64,000 nucleotides of DNA from an uncultured Nitrososphaerota archaeon (GTDB lineage: Archaea > Thermoproteota > Nitrososphaeria > Nitrososphaerales > Nitrosopumilaceae), in contig OY969559.1 of assembly GCA_963701075.1 (NCBI GenBank), forward strand, positions 1,536,001 to 1,600,000. Reading direction: 5' to 3'. A program made the position numbers and the translations under genes. Below the pieces are notes generated by a model. The model was not told the origin of the DNA, did not search any database, and was given only the letters and a program-made list of their open reading frames with translations. How positions within the stretch are numbered: position 1 is the stretch's first letter; each line of letters begins with the position of its first letter. Below are positions 28,377-38,943 of the stretch, one piece after another.

Positions 28377-29546
28377 CTATTTGAGGCGTAATTTTGAAAT
28401 TGCAGTTATGATATTTTTCTGAATTCTCTTGTCATACATGCTTGGTATGATGTGGTCATAGTGAAGTTCCCTATTTGAGACCGTTTTTGCTATTGCCACT
28501 GCAGTAACAAGTAATAATTTCATCGTTATTTTGTTTATTCTTTTATCCAGTATTGCCCGCATAAGGTGAGGAAATACTAGGGCATTGTTGACTTTGTTAG
28601 GATAAAGATAACTCCCAGTTGCTACAATTTTTGCACCAGCTGCTTTTGCTATCTCAGGTTTTATCTCAGGATCGGGGTTGGTAAGTGCAAAAACTATTGG
28701 ATCTTGGTTCATCGTTTTTATAATTTTAAAAGTGAGCAGATTTTTCTTTCCTGATACACCGATGAAAACATCAGCATTTTTCAGTGCGTCACACAGCGAG
28801 CCTTTTTCTTTTTTTGGGTTTGTCATATCTCCGAGTTCTTTTTTGTATTTGTTCATATTTGCAGTTCGTCCCTTGTAAATTATGCCATCAGAATCTGTAA
28901 CAAGTATATTTTTGCAGCCAGATGCAGCAAGTAATTTGCATATACCATACCCTGCAGAGCCAGCTCCTGCCACTACCACCCTGATTGTAGAGAGTTGTTT
29001 TTTGGTGAGTTTTAACGAGTTTAGCAATGCGGAAAGCACTACCACTGAAGTTCCATGCCTATCATCATGAAAGATTGGAATAGGCAGTGACTTTTCCAAC
29101 TCGTCAGATATTTCCATCACTTTTGGAGATTCAATATCTTCCAGGTTTATGGCGCCAAATACAGGTTCAATTGCCTTGATTGTAGCAATGATTTCATCTT
29201 TCTTTGTGGTATCAAGACAGATAGGAAAAGCGCTTACACCACCAAATTCTTGGTAAAGAACTGCCTTTCCTTCCATAACTGGCAATGCAGCATACGGGCC
29301 TATGTTTCCCAATCCAAGTATTCTTGTACCATCAGTCACTATAGCTACATTATTTCCTTTGGAGGTAAGAGTATATTTTTTTTCAGGATGATGATAGATT
29401 TCTTTGCATACTGCCGCAACCCCTGGAGTATAGATTAGTTTTATCTCGTTTGATCTCAAATTCTTGATTTTTCCTGTAACAATTATCTTTCCTTTTAATT
29501 TCTTGTGTAATGCAAGTGCCTTCTTTGAGTTCTGATCAGAAATCAT
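28377..29546 (-). CDS. NAD(P)-dependent malic enzyme
   Basis: YTPGVA, VTDG.RILGLGNIG, PVMEGK, NLEDI, HDDRHGT, GAGSAG. Confidence 0.93.
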   Translation of the reverse strand: MISDQNSKKALALHKKLKGKIIVTGKIKNLRSNEIKLIYTPGVAAVCKEIYHHPEKKYTLTSKGNNVAIVTDGTRILGLGNIGPYAALPVMEGKAVLYQEFGGVSAFPICLDTTKKDEIIATIKAIEPVFGAINLEDIESPKVMEISDELEKSLPIPIFHDDRHGTSVVVLSALLNSLKLTKKQLSTIRVVVAGAGSAGYGICKLLAASGCKNILVTDSDGIIYKGRTANMNKYKKELGDMTNPKKEKGSLCDALKNADVFIGVSGKKNLLTFKIIKTMNQDPIVFALTNPDPEIKPEIAKAAGAKIVATGSYLYPNKVNNALVFPHLMRAILDKRINKITMKLLLVTAVAIAKTVSNRELHYDHIIPSMYDKRIQKNIITAISKLRLK

Positions 29547-29610
29547 ACATTATCACTCTAATAGCTGCTTTGTAAGTCTTTTAGTCATTCTTGCAAAATA
29601 ATCCTAACTC

Positions 29611-30168
29611 TTACCGGTCGTTATCGCATGCATATTTTTTATCAAGTCTATATATGATAGTATTTTCTGTTAAATCAAATTTTACATTGCACCCAAGCTC
29701 CTTGAATGCTGCTTCATAAAATGCCTTGAAATGTTTGGACCATTTAATTCCCATGTCATGTCTCATGATGAACTTGATTTCGTTTTTACCTTCGATCTGG
29801 GTGAAACTAAAGCCGGCAGCCTTTGCCCTGCCACGTAAAACAGATATCCATTCCCAGACATCAGACGTTCCTTTCATTGCAAACAACATATCTCTTGAAA
29901 CATGTTTTCCTTTTTCCTCTGCAATGCTCAGAATTACCTTATCATCGAGTTTATCAAACCAAGACATGAGAAGCGCTTTTGGCACAGGCACCCACCCAGA
30001 TTTTGATGCCACAATATCCCAATCTACCGCATGTGCAAGGAGTTGGTTCACCAGTGCGTTAAGGGTGATTCTCTCAAATGTGGCATGAGATTTGATCTTG
30101 TCTAGAACTTCCTTGTCTATCCTAAATGTTACTGTCTTATTCTTCTCAATTGTGGATTCGTCATTCAT
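29611..30168 (-). CDS. ribbon-helix-helix-like DNA-binding protein
   Basis: TVTFRIDKEVLDKI...TLNALVNQLL; HDMGIKWS. Confidence 0.7.
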   Translation of the reverse strand: MNDESTIEKNKTVTFRIDKEVLDKIKSHATFERITLNALVNQLLAHAVDWDIVASKSGWVPVPKALLMSWFDKLDDKVILSIAEEKGKHVSRDMLFAMKGTSDVWEWISVLRGRAKAAGFSFTQIEGKNEIKFIMRHDMGIKWSKHFKAFYEAAFKELGCNVKFDLTENTIIYRLDKKYACDNDR

Positions 30169-30358
30169 GACATTGTTTTTGTTGATTGCGTACTGATTAA
30201 TATTGCGAAACAGAGTTCACTTGCACTCATTTGTGACATAACCAAATACGTCATTGTATAGAGACACCCGACGTTCTAGTAGCACCTACAGCTTCTGGCA
30301 TTATGTGTATTTGTGGCATCTCTGGCTAGTTCAAGCGGCTGTACTAGCACACTACAGA

Positions 30359-30802
30359 TTAGTTGTTTCTAATTCCAGGAGTAACAATATTGTATTTGTC
30401 TAGTTGATTTTTTATGATAGCAAGGAATTGTTTAGAATTAATCTTTTGAATCAAAGAAGTAGGATCTACACCCTTCTTTGCTATGACAATCATTATGTTT
30501 GAAAAGATCGGTATTGTTATGAATTTTAATTTGCTTCTTTCTGTTGTGATATAGTTAACAGATCCTAATTCTTCATCAAAATCGGCATGCATCGAGTGTT
30601 GCAATCTTATGCCCATACACAGCATCTCCATCTTTTCTCTGCTCAAAGTGAGATTTTTTGGTGCTTGCTCTAGCATTCTGCCTTGAGCATTTATTATTCC
30701 AACATATTCCAAGTTATATTTTAACAACGAATCAAGATGATCTGCTAAATCTTTCTCTTCCACATAATCATATGTCACTCTTATGCTAAAAAATGAGAGC
30801 AA
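30359..30802 (-). CDS. roadblock/DUF6659-like protein
   Basis: YVGIINAQGR...DFDEELGSVNY. Confidence 0.7.
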   Translation of the reverse strand: MLSFFSIRVTYDYVEEKDLADHLDSLLKYNLEYVGIINAQGRMLEQAPKNLTLSREKMEMLCMGIRLQHSMHADFDEELGSVNYITTERSKLKFITIPIFSNIMIVIAKKGVDPTSLIQKINSKQFLAIIKNQLDKYNIVTPGIRNN

Positions 30803-30867
30803 TATTATGCACTAGCTTGCAAGACTGGAAATGCTAGACAACAAAACTGTATGTCAAAATATCAAGA

Positions 30868-32253
30868 TCATTCAACATGATGTTGTACTATCAGCTGGTC
30901 GTAGAATCTTACTGACTTGATATTGACAAACTCTAACATGCCATATCTTGAGAGTTCTCTTCCAAAGCCACTTTGTTTTACTCCACCAAAAGGTATTCTT
31001 GGATCAGAGACAACAACGTTGTTTACTGCAACAAGCCCAGATTCGACCAATCTTGACAGCTTGTCAGCTTTATCCAGATCCTGAGTCCAAATACTCCCAC
31101 CAAGGCCATATTGTGACCCGTTAGCAAGGCGTATTGCCTCCATTTCATCTTCTACGATAGTTATTGGTGCAACGGGTCCAAATGCCTCCTCATTAGCCAT
31201 ACGCATGTTGGTGGTAACATTACCAAGTATTGTTGGACTGTAAAAGTATCCCTTGCTGTTCATCCTCTTACCACCAGTTAGTACTTCAGCACCTTTGTCT
31301 ACGGCATCTTTTACAAGTTCTTCTATTTTTTCAAGACCTTCTGAATTTACCATAGGTCCTATGTCAGTATCTTCAGATGTTGGGTCTCCCACTCTGAGTT
31401 TCTCCGTTTTTTGAACAAACTTTTCAATAAATTCTTTGGCAAGATTTTTTGTTACAAAAAATCTTTTTGATGCAATACAGCTTTGTCCACAGTTGATAAA
31501 ACGCCCTTTGACTGCACCTGTGGATGCCTTTTCAGCATCTGCGTCCGAGCACACTATGAAAGGATCGCTGCCGCCAAGTTCTAGGACGCATTTCTTTATT
31601 TTGGAGGTAGCCCGTTGTGCCACTTTTGCGCCAGCCATGTTACTGCCAGTAAATGTCACAGCGTTAACAGAATCTATGAGCTGCTCTGCCATGGAAGAAT
31701 CAGCAATCGCGGTTTGGAAGACACCTTCAGGCAATCCTGCTTTCTTGAACATATTTTCAATTTCTATACCGCACTGCATTGTGGCACTAGCCGGCTTTAG
31801 AACAACAGTATTCCCAGCCATCAACGAAGGAGCAGCAAATCTCAAAGCTTGCCAGTATGGAAAATTCCATGGCATTATACTTCCAATTACCCCTATTGGC
31901 TCAAACGCAATGAAGCTCTTTCTAGCATCAGTGTTTACGGATTCATCATGAAGAAAGGTTCCACTGTTATCGGCATAAAACTCCATAACCCAAGCACACT
32001 TTTCAACTTCGGATAACGATTCCTTGATTGCCTTACCCATCTCTTTTGTTGCAGTAAGTGCCAACTGTTGTTTGTTTTTTCGCAAAACATCAGCAAAAAT
32101 ATTGATAAAATCAGATCTTCTTTTGATATCTCTTTTCCAATCAGAAAAGGCCTTTTTTGATTTTTCTATTTTTTTATCCAGTTCGTCTTTTGTTATAACA
32201 TCGTATTGTGCCAAAACCTCCTCTGTTGTAGGATTAACTGTCTTGATTACCAT
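30868..32253 (-). CDS. succinate-semialdehyde dehydrogenase-type aldehyde dehydrogenase
   Basis: MPWNFP.WQ, FTGS, ELGGSD, GQSC, EEAFGP, PFGGVKQSG. Confidence 0.92.
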   Translation of the reverse strand: MVIKTVNPTTEEVLAQYDVITKDELDKKIEKSKKAFSDWKRDIKRRSDFINIFADVLRKNKQQLALTATKEMGKAIKESLSEVEKCAWVMEFYADNSGTFLHDESVNTDARKSFIAFEPIGVIGSIMPWNFPYWQALRFAAPSLMAGNTVVLKPASATMQCGIEIENMFKKAGLPEGVFQTAIADSSMAEQLIDSVNAVTFTGSNMAGAKVAQRATSKIKKCVLELGGSDPFIVCSDADAEKASTGAVKGRFINCGQSCIASKRFFVTKNLAKEFIEKFVQKTEKLRVGDPTSEDTDIGPMVNSEGLEKIEELVKDAVDKGAEVLTGGKRMNSKGYFYSPTILGNVTTNMRMANEEAFGPVAPITIVEDEMEAIRLANGSQYGLGGSIWTQDLDKADKLSRLVESGLVAVNNVVVSDPRIPFGGVKQSGFGRELSRYGMLEFVNIKSVRFYDQLIVQHHVE

Positions 32254-32360
32254 ACCAGGGTAAAATAAGGCGTCGTATATAATCCTCCAACTGCCTGGTT
32301 GCAAGCGAGTAATTTGCAATTTTTGAAGCTTTTAATATTTTAATCAATAAGGCATACCAT

Positions 32361-33458
32361 ATGCAATCTCTCTCCTCTCGTGAAAAGCAAAACTTGCAGT
32401 TTGAGACAGTTCTCATCTTGCAGGGAGGAGGATCTCTCGGGGCTTATGAATGCGGGGTCTACAAGGCCTTATACAGACATGGAATCAAGTTCGACATAGT
32501 AGCAGGAACTTCTATTGGAGCAGTTAATGCGTCTATTATTACAGGAAGTAGAAGCGACGATCCGGCAAAGGCATTGGAGGAGTTTTGGCTGGATTTGGCA
32601 GAAGGTGTAACTTCCTCTAGCTTGCCTGACAAGATACGACCATACTTTGCATCAATGTATTCTGCAGTTTTTGGAAACCCCAAAATGTTCTTTCCAAAAT
32701 GGTTTATTCCAAGTGCAGATTATTTTATGCCGTATTTTTGGCAATACATTTACGACATAGCCCCCCTCAAGAAAACATTAAACCAGTATGTCGATTTTCA
32801 AAGGATTCAAAGCTCCGATAAGCCAAGACTCATAATAACATCCACCGATGTCCAAAATGCAAAGCCTTCTGTTTTTGATAGCGAGTATGACAATATCGAA
32901 GCAGATCACGTACTTGCCAGTGCAGGGTATCCATTTTATGGCATATCATGGACCCAAAAGAGCGGAAAATATCTCTGGGATGGGACTCTTTTGAGCAACA
33001 CACCTCTTCGTGAAGTGATAAATGCTTCACCAAAACACGACAAGAAAGTTTACGTGGTAGATCTCTTTCCAAAAAATCAGCCCGAGCTTCCAAATAACAT
33101 GTTTGAAGTCTGGCACAGAGCAAGAGACATCATACATACTGATAAGACAGAGCATAACATACACATGTCAAGGATAATCACTCGCTACCTGAAATTAATA
33201 CGAGAGATGCATGAAATTCTTAGTTCTTCCACACTTGACGAAAAGGCCAAATCCAAACTTGCACTGTTAGAACTAGAATATCACAAGCTTGCCTCAGAAC
33301 GAGGTAGCATCATAGAGCAGATAGTAAAAATACAACGTCATGAACATGCTCATTTTCTCTTAGAAGATGCAGATTTTTCAATTGCTACAATAAGAGAATT
33401 GATAGAAAAAGGCGAAAGAGATGCAAAGGAAGCGCTCGCTACAAACAGCGTGGAATAG
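32361..33458 (+). CDS. patatin-like hydrolase (candidate PHA depolymerase)
   Basis: GGGSLG, GTSIG, WDG..SNTP; next to pha genes. Confidence 0.88.
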   Translation: MQSLSSREKQNLQFETVLILQGGGSLGAYECGVYKALYRHGIKFDIVAGTSIGAVNASIITGSRSDDPAKALEEFWLDLAEGVTSSSLPDKIRPYFASMYSAVFGNPKMFFPKWFIPSADYFMPYFWQYIYDIAPLKKTLNQYVDFQRIQSSDKPRLIITSTDVQNAKPSVFDSEYDNIEADHVLASAGYPFYGISWTQKSGKYLWDGTLLSNTPLREVINASPKHDKKVYVVDLFPKNQPELPNNMFEVWHRARDIIHTDKTEHNIHMSRIITRYLKLIREMHEILSSSTLDEKAKSKLALLELEYHKLASERGSIIEQIVKIQRHEHAHFLLEDADFSIATIRELIEKGERDAKEALATNSVE

Positions 33459-33562
33459 TAGATCGCAAGATAGAGTAGAAAAACAGACCAAAGACAATTT
33501 ACACAGTGTCAAATGATTATAACGAAAAAGACTTATCATGCATGCTTTCTCCCTACATATAG

Positions 33563-34161
33563 TTGCAAACCAAGTTTGCAGATGTCTGGGGGCACAAAGT
33601 AAGATACTTGGAGGAAGGCAAGTCAGGTAAAACGATCCTGCTTATCCATGGATTAGGCGGTTCTGCAGAGAGATGGTTAAAAGTCATCCCTATTTTGAGC
33701 CCAAAGTACAGGGTTATCGCCCCCGATATGATCGGTTTTGGATATAGCGACAAGCCTTCAGTTGACTATACAATAGAATTTTTTGGCAAGTTCCTATCTG
33801 CTTTTATTGATACATTAGGCCTAAAAACAGCGATTCTGGTAGGTACCTCTCTTGGAGGGCAGATTGCAGCAGAATGTACTAACACCAATCATGCCATAGA
33901 AAAGTTAGTCCTTGTTTCCCCTTCTGGGGCCATGAAACAGTCTACTGCAGCTGTAGACGCATACATGATGGCTGCTCTCTATCCCAATCATGCAAGTGCT
34001 AGAACTGCATTTGAGATGATGGCCAATTCAGGTACAGTTGACGAGTTTACAGTATCTGATTTTGTAAAAAGAATGTCCATTCCAAACGCAAAGCTTGCGT
34101 TTATCTCTTCAGTCCTAGGAATAAAGAACTCGAAGATAGATGAAAGTTTGCAGAAGATCTG
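33563..34161 (+). pseudogene. alpha/beta hydrolase, N-terminal part (split by inversion)
   Basis: HGLGG, GxSxG (GTSLGG); homology to the 37655 paralog ends at ESLQKI. Confidence 0.85.
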
Positions 34162-34296
34162 CATGTTTGTAGGTAAAAGGGATTCTATCTTCTCAATTAC
34201 ATTAGTGGCATTAGTGTGCATAATGTCACAAACAGAAATAGTTGACTTGTTCTCAACAGTATCAGGATTTGTAGGCTGTGGTCTCTTTTGCGCCAT
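34157..34296 (-). pseudogene. phasin-like gene, N-terminal part (split by inversion)
   Basis: MAQKRP...LLPTNMQ joins in frame to MYSDFYTEY at 37235. Confidence 0.75.
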
Positions 34297-34506
34297 CACC
34301 TGCTATACTATGAGGTATCTTTTAATGATTTGTGGGTGAGGTGTGTTAAGATTCGAACTGGGATAAAACCACTCCTTTTGAATATCCGTACAGCAACTAT
34401 TCCTTCTTTGTTAATCGTTATCTAATATCGATGAGACACTCTGTGATCTTTATCTCAATACAAAGTAGCAATCTCTATAAGATGTGAATGTTACTTAATA
34501 CACTTA

Positions 34507-35085
34507 ATGAGTTATACGGAAGAGTATAAGAAATCATTAGGGTATTACAAGCATGTCTCCCTATTTTGGACAGATTTGATATCTCTGATGTCAAGTAGGC
34601 CACAATCGCTCATGTCCACAGGACCCTTTAGGAAACTAGGTGTTAATGCCAAAAAGGCCAGTGCTGAAATGATAGAGATCAACCAAGGGCTGGCTGAATT
34701 TAATGTAAGACTTGGTGAATATTATAAACAACTCATAGATACGTGGAATGAGGCACAAAAACAATTTAGCAAAAAAGTGCCAGAGATTCCAACCGATACG
34801 GAACATCTTGACGCTACCAAGCGTATCTGGATAGACATATTCGAAAATTACTTTACAAGACTGTTTGATTCTCAGGAATTTGCAGAAAACTTTGGAAAAC
34901 TAGTATCAAGTGAACTTGATCTTGCAAAACACTGGAATAATGTAGCATCGCTCATGTTGGAGACTGTTAACATGCCAACAAAGAAAGAAATTGACGAGCT
35001 GTATAAAGAATTACACTTGTTGCGAAAAAGAGTTGCCAAACTTGAAAAAATATCTAATCATGGAGGAAATGGAAATGGAAAGTGA
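34507..35085 (+). CDS. phaE: class III PHA synthase subunit PhaE
   Basis: WIDIFE..F...F.S.EF; NMPTKKEIDELYKELH.LRKRV; directly upstream of phaC. Confidence 0.88.
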   Translation: MSYTEEYKKSLGYYKHVSLFWTDLISLMSSRPQSLMSTGPFRKLGVNAKKASAEMIEINQGLAEFNVRLGEYYKQLIDTWNEAQKQFSKKVPEIPTDTEHLDATKRIWIDIFENYFTRLFDSQEFAENFGKLVSSELDLAKHWNNVASLMLETVNMPTKKEIDELYKELHLLRKRVAKLEKISNHGGNGNGK

Positions 35086-36145
35086 ACTTAGAATAGACCC
35101 CCGTATATTGGAGGAGTTTCTACAAATGAACAGAAATATTCTTGATGCGCCAAAGTTGGTTGCGGCGCCAGATGAGATCAGCATGGAAATGACCCCATAC
35201 GATGTTGTGTATTCTGAAGGAAAGATGAGATTATTACATTTTAATTCTTCCCAGAAAAAACAGGTAAAAACTCCTCTTTTGATTACATATGCTTTGATAA
35301 ACAGATATCATATCCTAGATATTCATCCGCAAAAAAGCTGGGTGAGAAATATGTTAGAACAAGGTCTAGATGTATATTTGATAGATTGGGGAACCCCGAC
35401 TACTATGGATAGATATCTTGGTTTTGATGATTATGTAAATGGCTACATGGACAACTGTGTAGACTTTATTCTTAACGAGTCAGGTGTTGATAAGGTCTCA
35501 ATGCAAGGATACTGTACGGGAGGCACTCTTGCTACAGTTTACGCGTCACTGTATCATGAAAAAATAAAAAACTTGATTTTAACGGCTCCAGTAATTGACG
35601 GGAGCAGGGATAGTACAGTGGTAGCAAACTTGGCAAAACATATGGATGTGGACAAGATGGCTGATATCGTAGGAAATGTACCTCCTGAATTCATGTATTA
35701 CGTGTTCTCTATTCTCAAGCCCTTCGAACAGGGCCTTGAAAAATATGTCCAATTCTTTAAAAATATTCACAACAAAGAGTATGTCGAAAACTTTATCCGA
35801 GTGGAAAAATGGCTAAGCGATACCCCGCCTATTCCGGGCGAACTTTTCAGGGAATGGGTAAAGAATGTCTACCAGGACAATTTACTGATTAGGAACCAAA
35901 TGCATGTATCGGGCAGGCAGATAAATCTCAAAAATATATCCATGCCTGTCTTTACTCAAGTGGCAGTGGGAGATCATCTGGTATCTCCAGAATGCAGTAT
36001 GCCAATACACTATGCGGTGTCTAGTGAAGACAAAACGTTGAGAATGTATGCTACCGGGCATGTAGGTATGATAGCAAGCTCATTTTCTCAAAAAAAGGTA
36101 CTACCAGAACTAGGTCAATGGATAAAAGAAAGATCTGAAAAATAA
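35075..36145 (+). CDS. phaC: class III PHA synthase subunit PhaC
   Basis: TP.DVVY, YALINR..ILD, DWG, GYCTGG lipase box, DHLV, GHVG; SD GGAGG 35062-35066. Confidence 0.93.
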   Translation: MESELRIDPRILEEFLQMNRNILDAPKLVAAPDEISMEMTPYDVVYSEGKMRLLHFNSSQKKQVKTPLLITYALINRYHILDIHPQKSWVRNMLEQGLDVYLIDWGTPTTMDRYLGFDDYVNGYMDNCVDFILNESGVDKVSMQGYCTGGTLATVYASLYHEKIKNLILTAPVIDGSRDSTVVANLAKHMDVDKMADIVGNVPPEFMYYVFSILKPFEQGLEKYVQFFKNIHNKEYVENFIRVEKWLSDTPPIPGELFREWVKNVYQDNLLIRNQMHVSGRQINLKNISMPVFTQVAVGDHLVSPECSMPIHYAVSSEDKTLRMYATGHVGMIASSFSQKKVLPELGQWIKERSEK

Positions 36146-36168
36146 AAAAAGAGTTAGATACTAACTAA

Positions 36169-36585
36169 CTAATTTCTTGTTGGTGTCCATGCTGAGAACC
36201 AAGATTGCAGTATGTTTGCATTCATATCAGAAAACGCTTTTGTGTTGTCGTTGAATGTCTTTACGTTTTGTCTGATTGCATCAATTGTTGCTAGTACTGC
36301 TTTGCTTTGGACAGAACCTGTCTTGACTATCTCTTCTGTTGCATCATTAACTATTTTGAAGTATGCTGATGGTACATTTGTAGATAGACCTGTTCTTGAA
36401 GTATATTCATGTTGCATTGAAATTGCATTCTCGATTGTATTTTTACATGCTGTTGCATATTCTTGCTGTAGATTGGTTACTGCTTGTAAACACTGTGCAA
36501 CATTCTTCTCTGCTTCATCAAAGCATCGGTTAACATTCTGCTTGTACACTGCAAAGATCTCTTTTGTCTCTGTTGTCTTACTCAT
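36169..36585 (-). CDS. phasin-like protein
   Basis: Amphipathic Ala/Asn/Gln-rich helical protein coupled to an AbrB-type gene beside phaEC. Confidence 0.65.
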   Translation of the reverse strand: MSKTTETKEIFAVYKQNVNRCFDEAEKNVAQCLQAVTNLQQEYATACKNTIENAISMQHEYTSRTGLSTNVPSAYFKIVNDATEEIVKTGSVQSKAVLATIDAIRQNVKTFNDNTKAFSDMNANILQSWFSAWTPTRN

Positions 36586-37001
36586 TCTTTCACCTCCTCT
36601 TTTTGTTTTCTCCTTTCGACCGGTATGACAATTACTTGTACAAGGTCTTCTTCCTTGATTCCAAGAGCTTCTCGTTCTGCTTCCGGTATCGAAATGCGAC
36701 CATTACTTCCTACTGACGTTTTGAAGGTACCCCATGATAGGAGCGAGGGTAGTAGCTGTGAAGGGTTGAACATGTTGTACATTCCCTTTGACTGCATATC
36801 TGTAAAATTTTGGACAAAATCGGACTGTGCTTTTGTAGTCTTGTTTGTTATTTCTTTTAGTGTTTCAAGCGGATTGATTTGGTTGTTTCTGCTCATCATC
36901 TCGCCAAAAGTCTTCATGAAATCCATCTGTGCCTTTCCACTTCGTTGTATCCACTCGTGGAACATCTCAGTCGGATCGTATTGGTTGTTATTACCAGTCA
37001 T
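36582..37001 (-). CDS. AbrB-domain protein (archaeal PhaR-like)
   Basis: FKTSVGSNGRISIPEAEREALGIKEEDLVQVIV. Confidence 0.8.
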   Translation of the reverse strand: MTGNNNQYDPTEMFHEWIQRSGKAQMDFMKTFGEMMSRNNQINPLETLKEITNKTTKAQSDFVQNFTDMQSKGMYNMFNPSQLLPSLLSWGTFKTSVGSNGRISIPEAEREALGIKEEDLVQVIVIPVERRKQKEEVKE

Positions 37002-37027
37002 TGGTAATAGTTACCAGTAACTGGTAT

Positions 37028-37234
37028 TTAACTCTTGGCCAAAATGAGTCTTGAATCTAGGAACTCTAGTATGGATTCGGAGAATATGTCTGGCTTTTCC
37101 ACATGTGGCAAGTGACCGCAGTCGTCTAACTCTAGGAACTTGCAATTCCTAATTGAGGAGACAAATTGCTTAGCATGCTCAATGGGTATCACTCTGTCTT
37201 CTTTTCCCCACACCAATAATGTGGGCACCCAGAT
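37028..37234 (-). pseudogene. alpha/beta hydrolase, C-terminal part (split by inversion)
   Basis: IWVPTLLVWGKEDRVIP...CGHLPHVEKP. Confidence 0.85.
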
Positions 37235-37553
37235 GTATTCGGATTTTTACACAGAATACCTACATTCATTACAAGATCTTTTTGGAGCATGCTATATAGC
37301 AGAAAACGAAATTTTATCCAAGATGGGAATTGACCAGAAAGATCTCCAGTCCTTTGACACATATACCAAGACAGCTACCAGATCAACAATCGTTCAAATT
37401 GAAATGGCTAACAATATTCAAAAAACATATTTACAAACTCAGATATCAGCCATTAAAACACTTGATGAGTACATACGTCTTACACTTGATTATTATTCTA
37501 GGATGCTTTCCATGTCTCTCAACTCTCCTTTTCAGAAAATTTCAAACCACTAG
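37230..37553 (+). pseudogene. phasin-like gene, C-terminal part (split by inversion)
   Basis: QMYSDFYTEYLHS...; similar register to the 36169 protein. Confidence 0.7.
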
Positions 37554-37654
37554 TTCCTTTTTCTCAAGACAATGCCTTTAGTTGTAGTTAGATTCAATAA
37601 ATTGCCAAAATTGGTAAATAATATAGCTCGACAAAAACTTATGTAACGATTAAA

Positions 37655-38458
37655 TTGACCAAATTATACATGCAAGAGAAATATATCACAGTCAACGGAA
37701 ATAAGATAAGGTATATTGAAGAAGGAGACTCGAAAAATACCATAATTTTACTTCATGGCTTAGGAGGAATAGCAGAGAGATGGTTACCTGTAGTTCCGCT
37801 TCTGAGTAAAAAATACAGAGTGATTGCACTTGATTTGATCGGATACGGTCAAAGTGATAAACCACAGGTAGATTACACACCAGAGTTCTTCAGAGATTCT
37901 GTACTTGGCTTTCTAGAAACATTGTCATTGCAGAAGACTGTTATGGTGGGTACATCTCTCGGAGGGGAGATAGTGGCGGAATGTGCAGCTACACAAAATC
38001 CTTTGATTAAAAAAATAGTTATGGTGGCACCGGCTGGCATAATGAAGAGTCACACTCCTGTTCTTGATGCATATACAATGGCTGCACTATATCCAAATCA
38101 CGAATCTGTAAAAATAGCATATCAGATGATGATGGGAGAAAATAAAGAGATAAGTCCCCAGTCAGTTGAAAACTTCATTTCGAATATGACTAGACCCAAC
38201 TCCAAGATGGTGTTTCTTTCCACACTTTTAGGGATGAAAAACTCTCCTGTCATAACAGAGAAACTAAAGCTAATCAAAGTACCTACGCTTCTCATATGGG
38301 GAAAGGAAGACAAGATGATTCCAATAGAATATTCCAAAGAGTTTGTGAGCTCAATTCCAGGTTGCGATTTTGTAGTTATGAATGGATGCGGACATACGCC
38401 ATACGAAGAAAAACCCAATGAATTTTCAAAACTAGTGCTTGACTTTTTATCCAGGTAG
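37655..38458 (+). CDS. alpha/beta hydrolase
   Basis: HGLGG, GTSLGG, WGKED, GHTP. Confidence 0.92.
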   Translation: MTKLYMQEKYITVNGNKIRYIEEGDSKNTIILLHGLGGIAERWLPVVPLLSKKYRVIALDLIGYGQSDKPQVDYTPEFFRDSVLGFLETLSLQKTVMVGTSLGGEIVAECAATQNPLIKKIVMVAPAGIMKSHTPVLDAYTMAALYPNHESVKIAYQMMMGENKEISPQSVENFISNMTRPNSKMVFLSTLLGMKNSPVITEKLKLIKVPTLLIWGKEDKMIPIEYSKEFVSSIPGCDFVVMNGCGHTPYEEKPNEFSKLVLDFLSR

Positions 38459-38476
38459 GGGAGTCATGATTTTTCC

Positions 38477-38821
38477 TTGATAAAAATAAAAAGGGTTTAC
38501 GAGTCCTCATCTGAAGAAGACGGTTTTAGAATTCTCATCGATAGACTGTGGCCGCGTGGATTATCAAAAGAATCTGCGCAGATAGATGCATGGTTAAAAG
38601 ATATAGCGCCTAGCGATAATCTCAGAAAGTGGTTTTCTCACGATCCAAAAAAATGGATCGAGTTCAAGAAAAGATACTATAAAGAACTCGAGGAGAAAAA
38701 AGACATAGTTTCAAAGATCAGGTTGTTTGAAAAAGAAAAGAGAATGGTGACATTTCTCTATTCTGCAAAAGATAAAGAACACAATAACGCGGTTTTTCTA
38801 CAAGAATATATGCAAAAATAG
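38477..38821 (+). CDS. DUF488 (YeaO-like) protein
   Basis: IKRVYE...RILIDRLWPRG...APS..LRKWF.HD...HNNA. Confidence 0.9.
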   Translation: MIKIKRVYESSSEEDGFRILIDRLWPRGLSKESAQIDAWLKDIAPSDNLRKWFSHDPKKWIEFKKRYYKELEEKKDIVSKIRLFEKEKRMVTFLYSAKDKEHNNAVFLQEYMQK

Positions 38822-38943
38822 ATCAAGATCAGATACTAAGCAAGCACATACTAAATCAAAATAAACCAATTATAGACAAAATAATTATTTTGTACTTGTT
38901 ATCTTACACAATATTCATGTATCATGCCGATAATTTTAGATAC

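Larger units (their letters stand above)
34157..37234. other. 3.08-kb inverted segment bounded by ATCTG / CAGAT
   Basis: Reversing it restores two complete ORFs. Confidence 0.88.

Noticed and set aside
33988-34339. Hydrophobic C-terminus of the 258-aa hydrolase ORF, and the 37140 ORF N-terminus, as real domains
   Set aside because: They are antisense read-through across the inversion junctions
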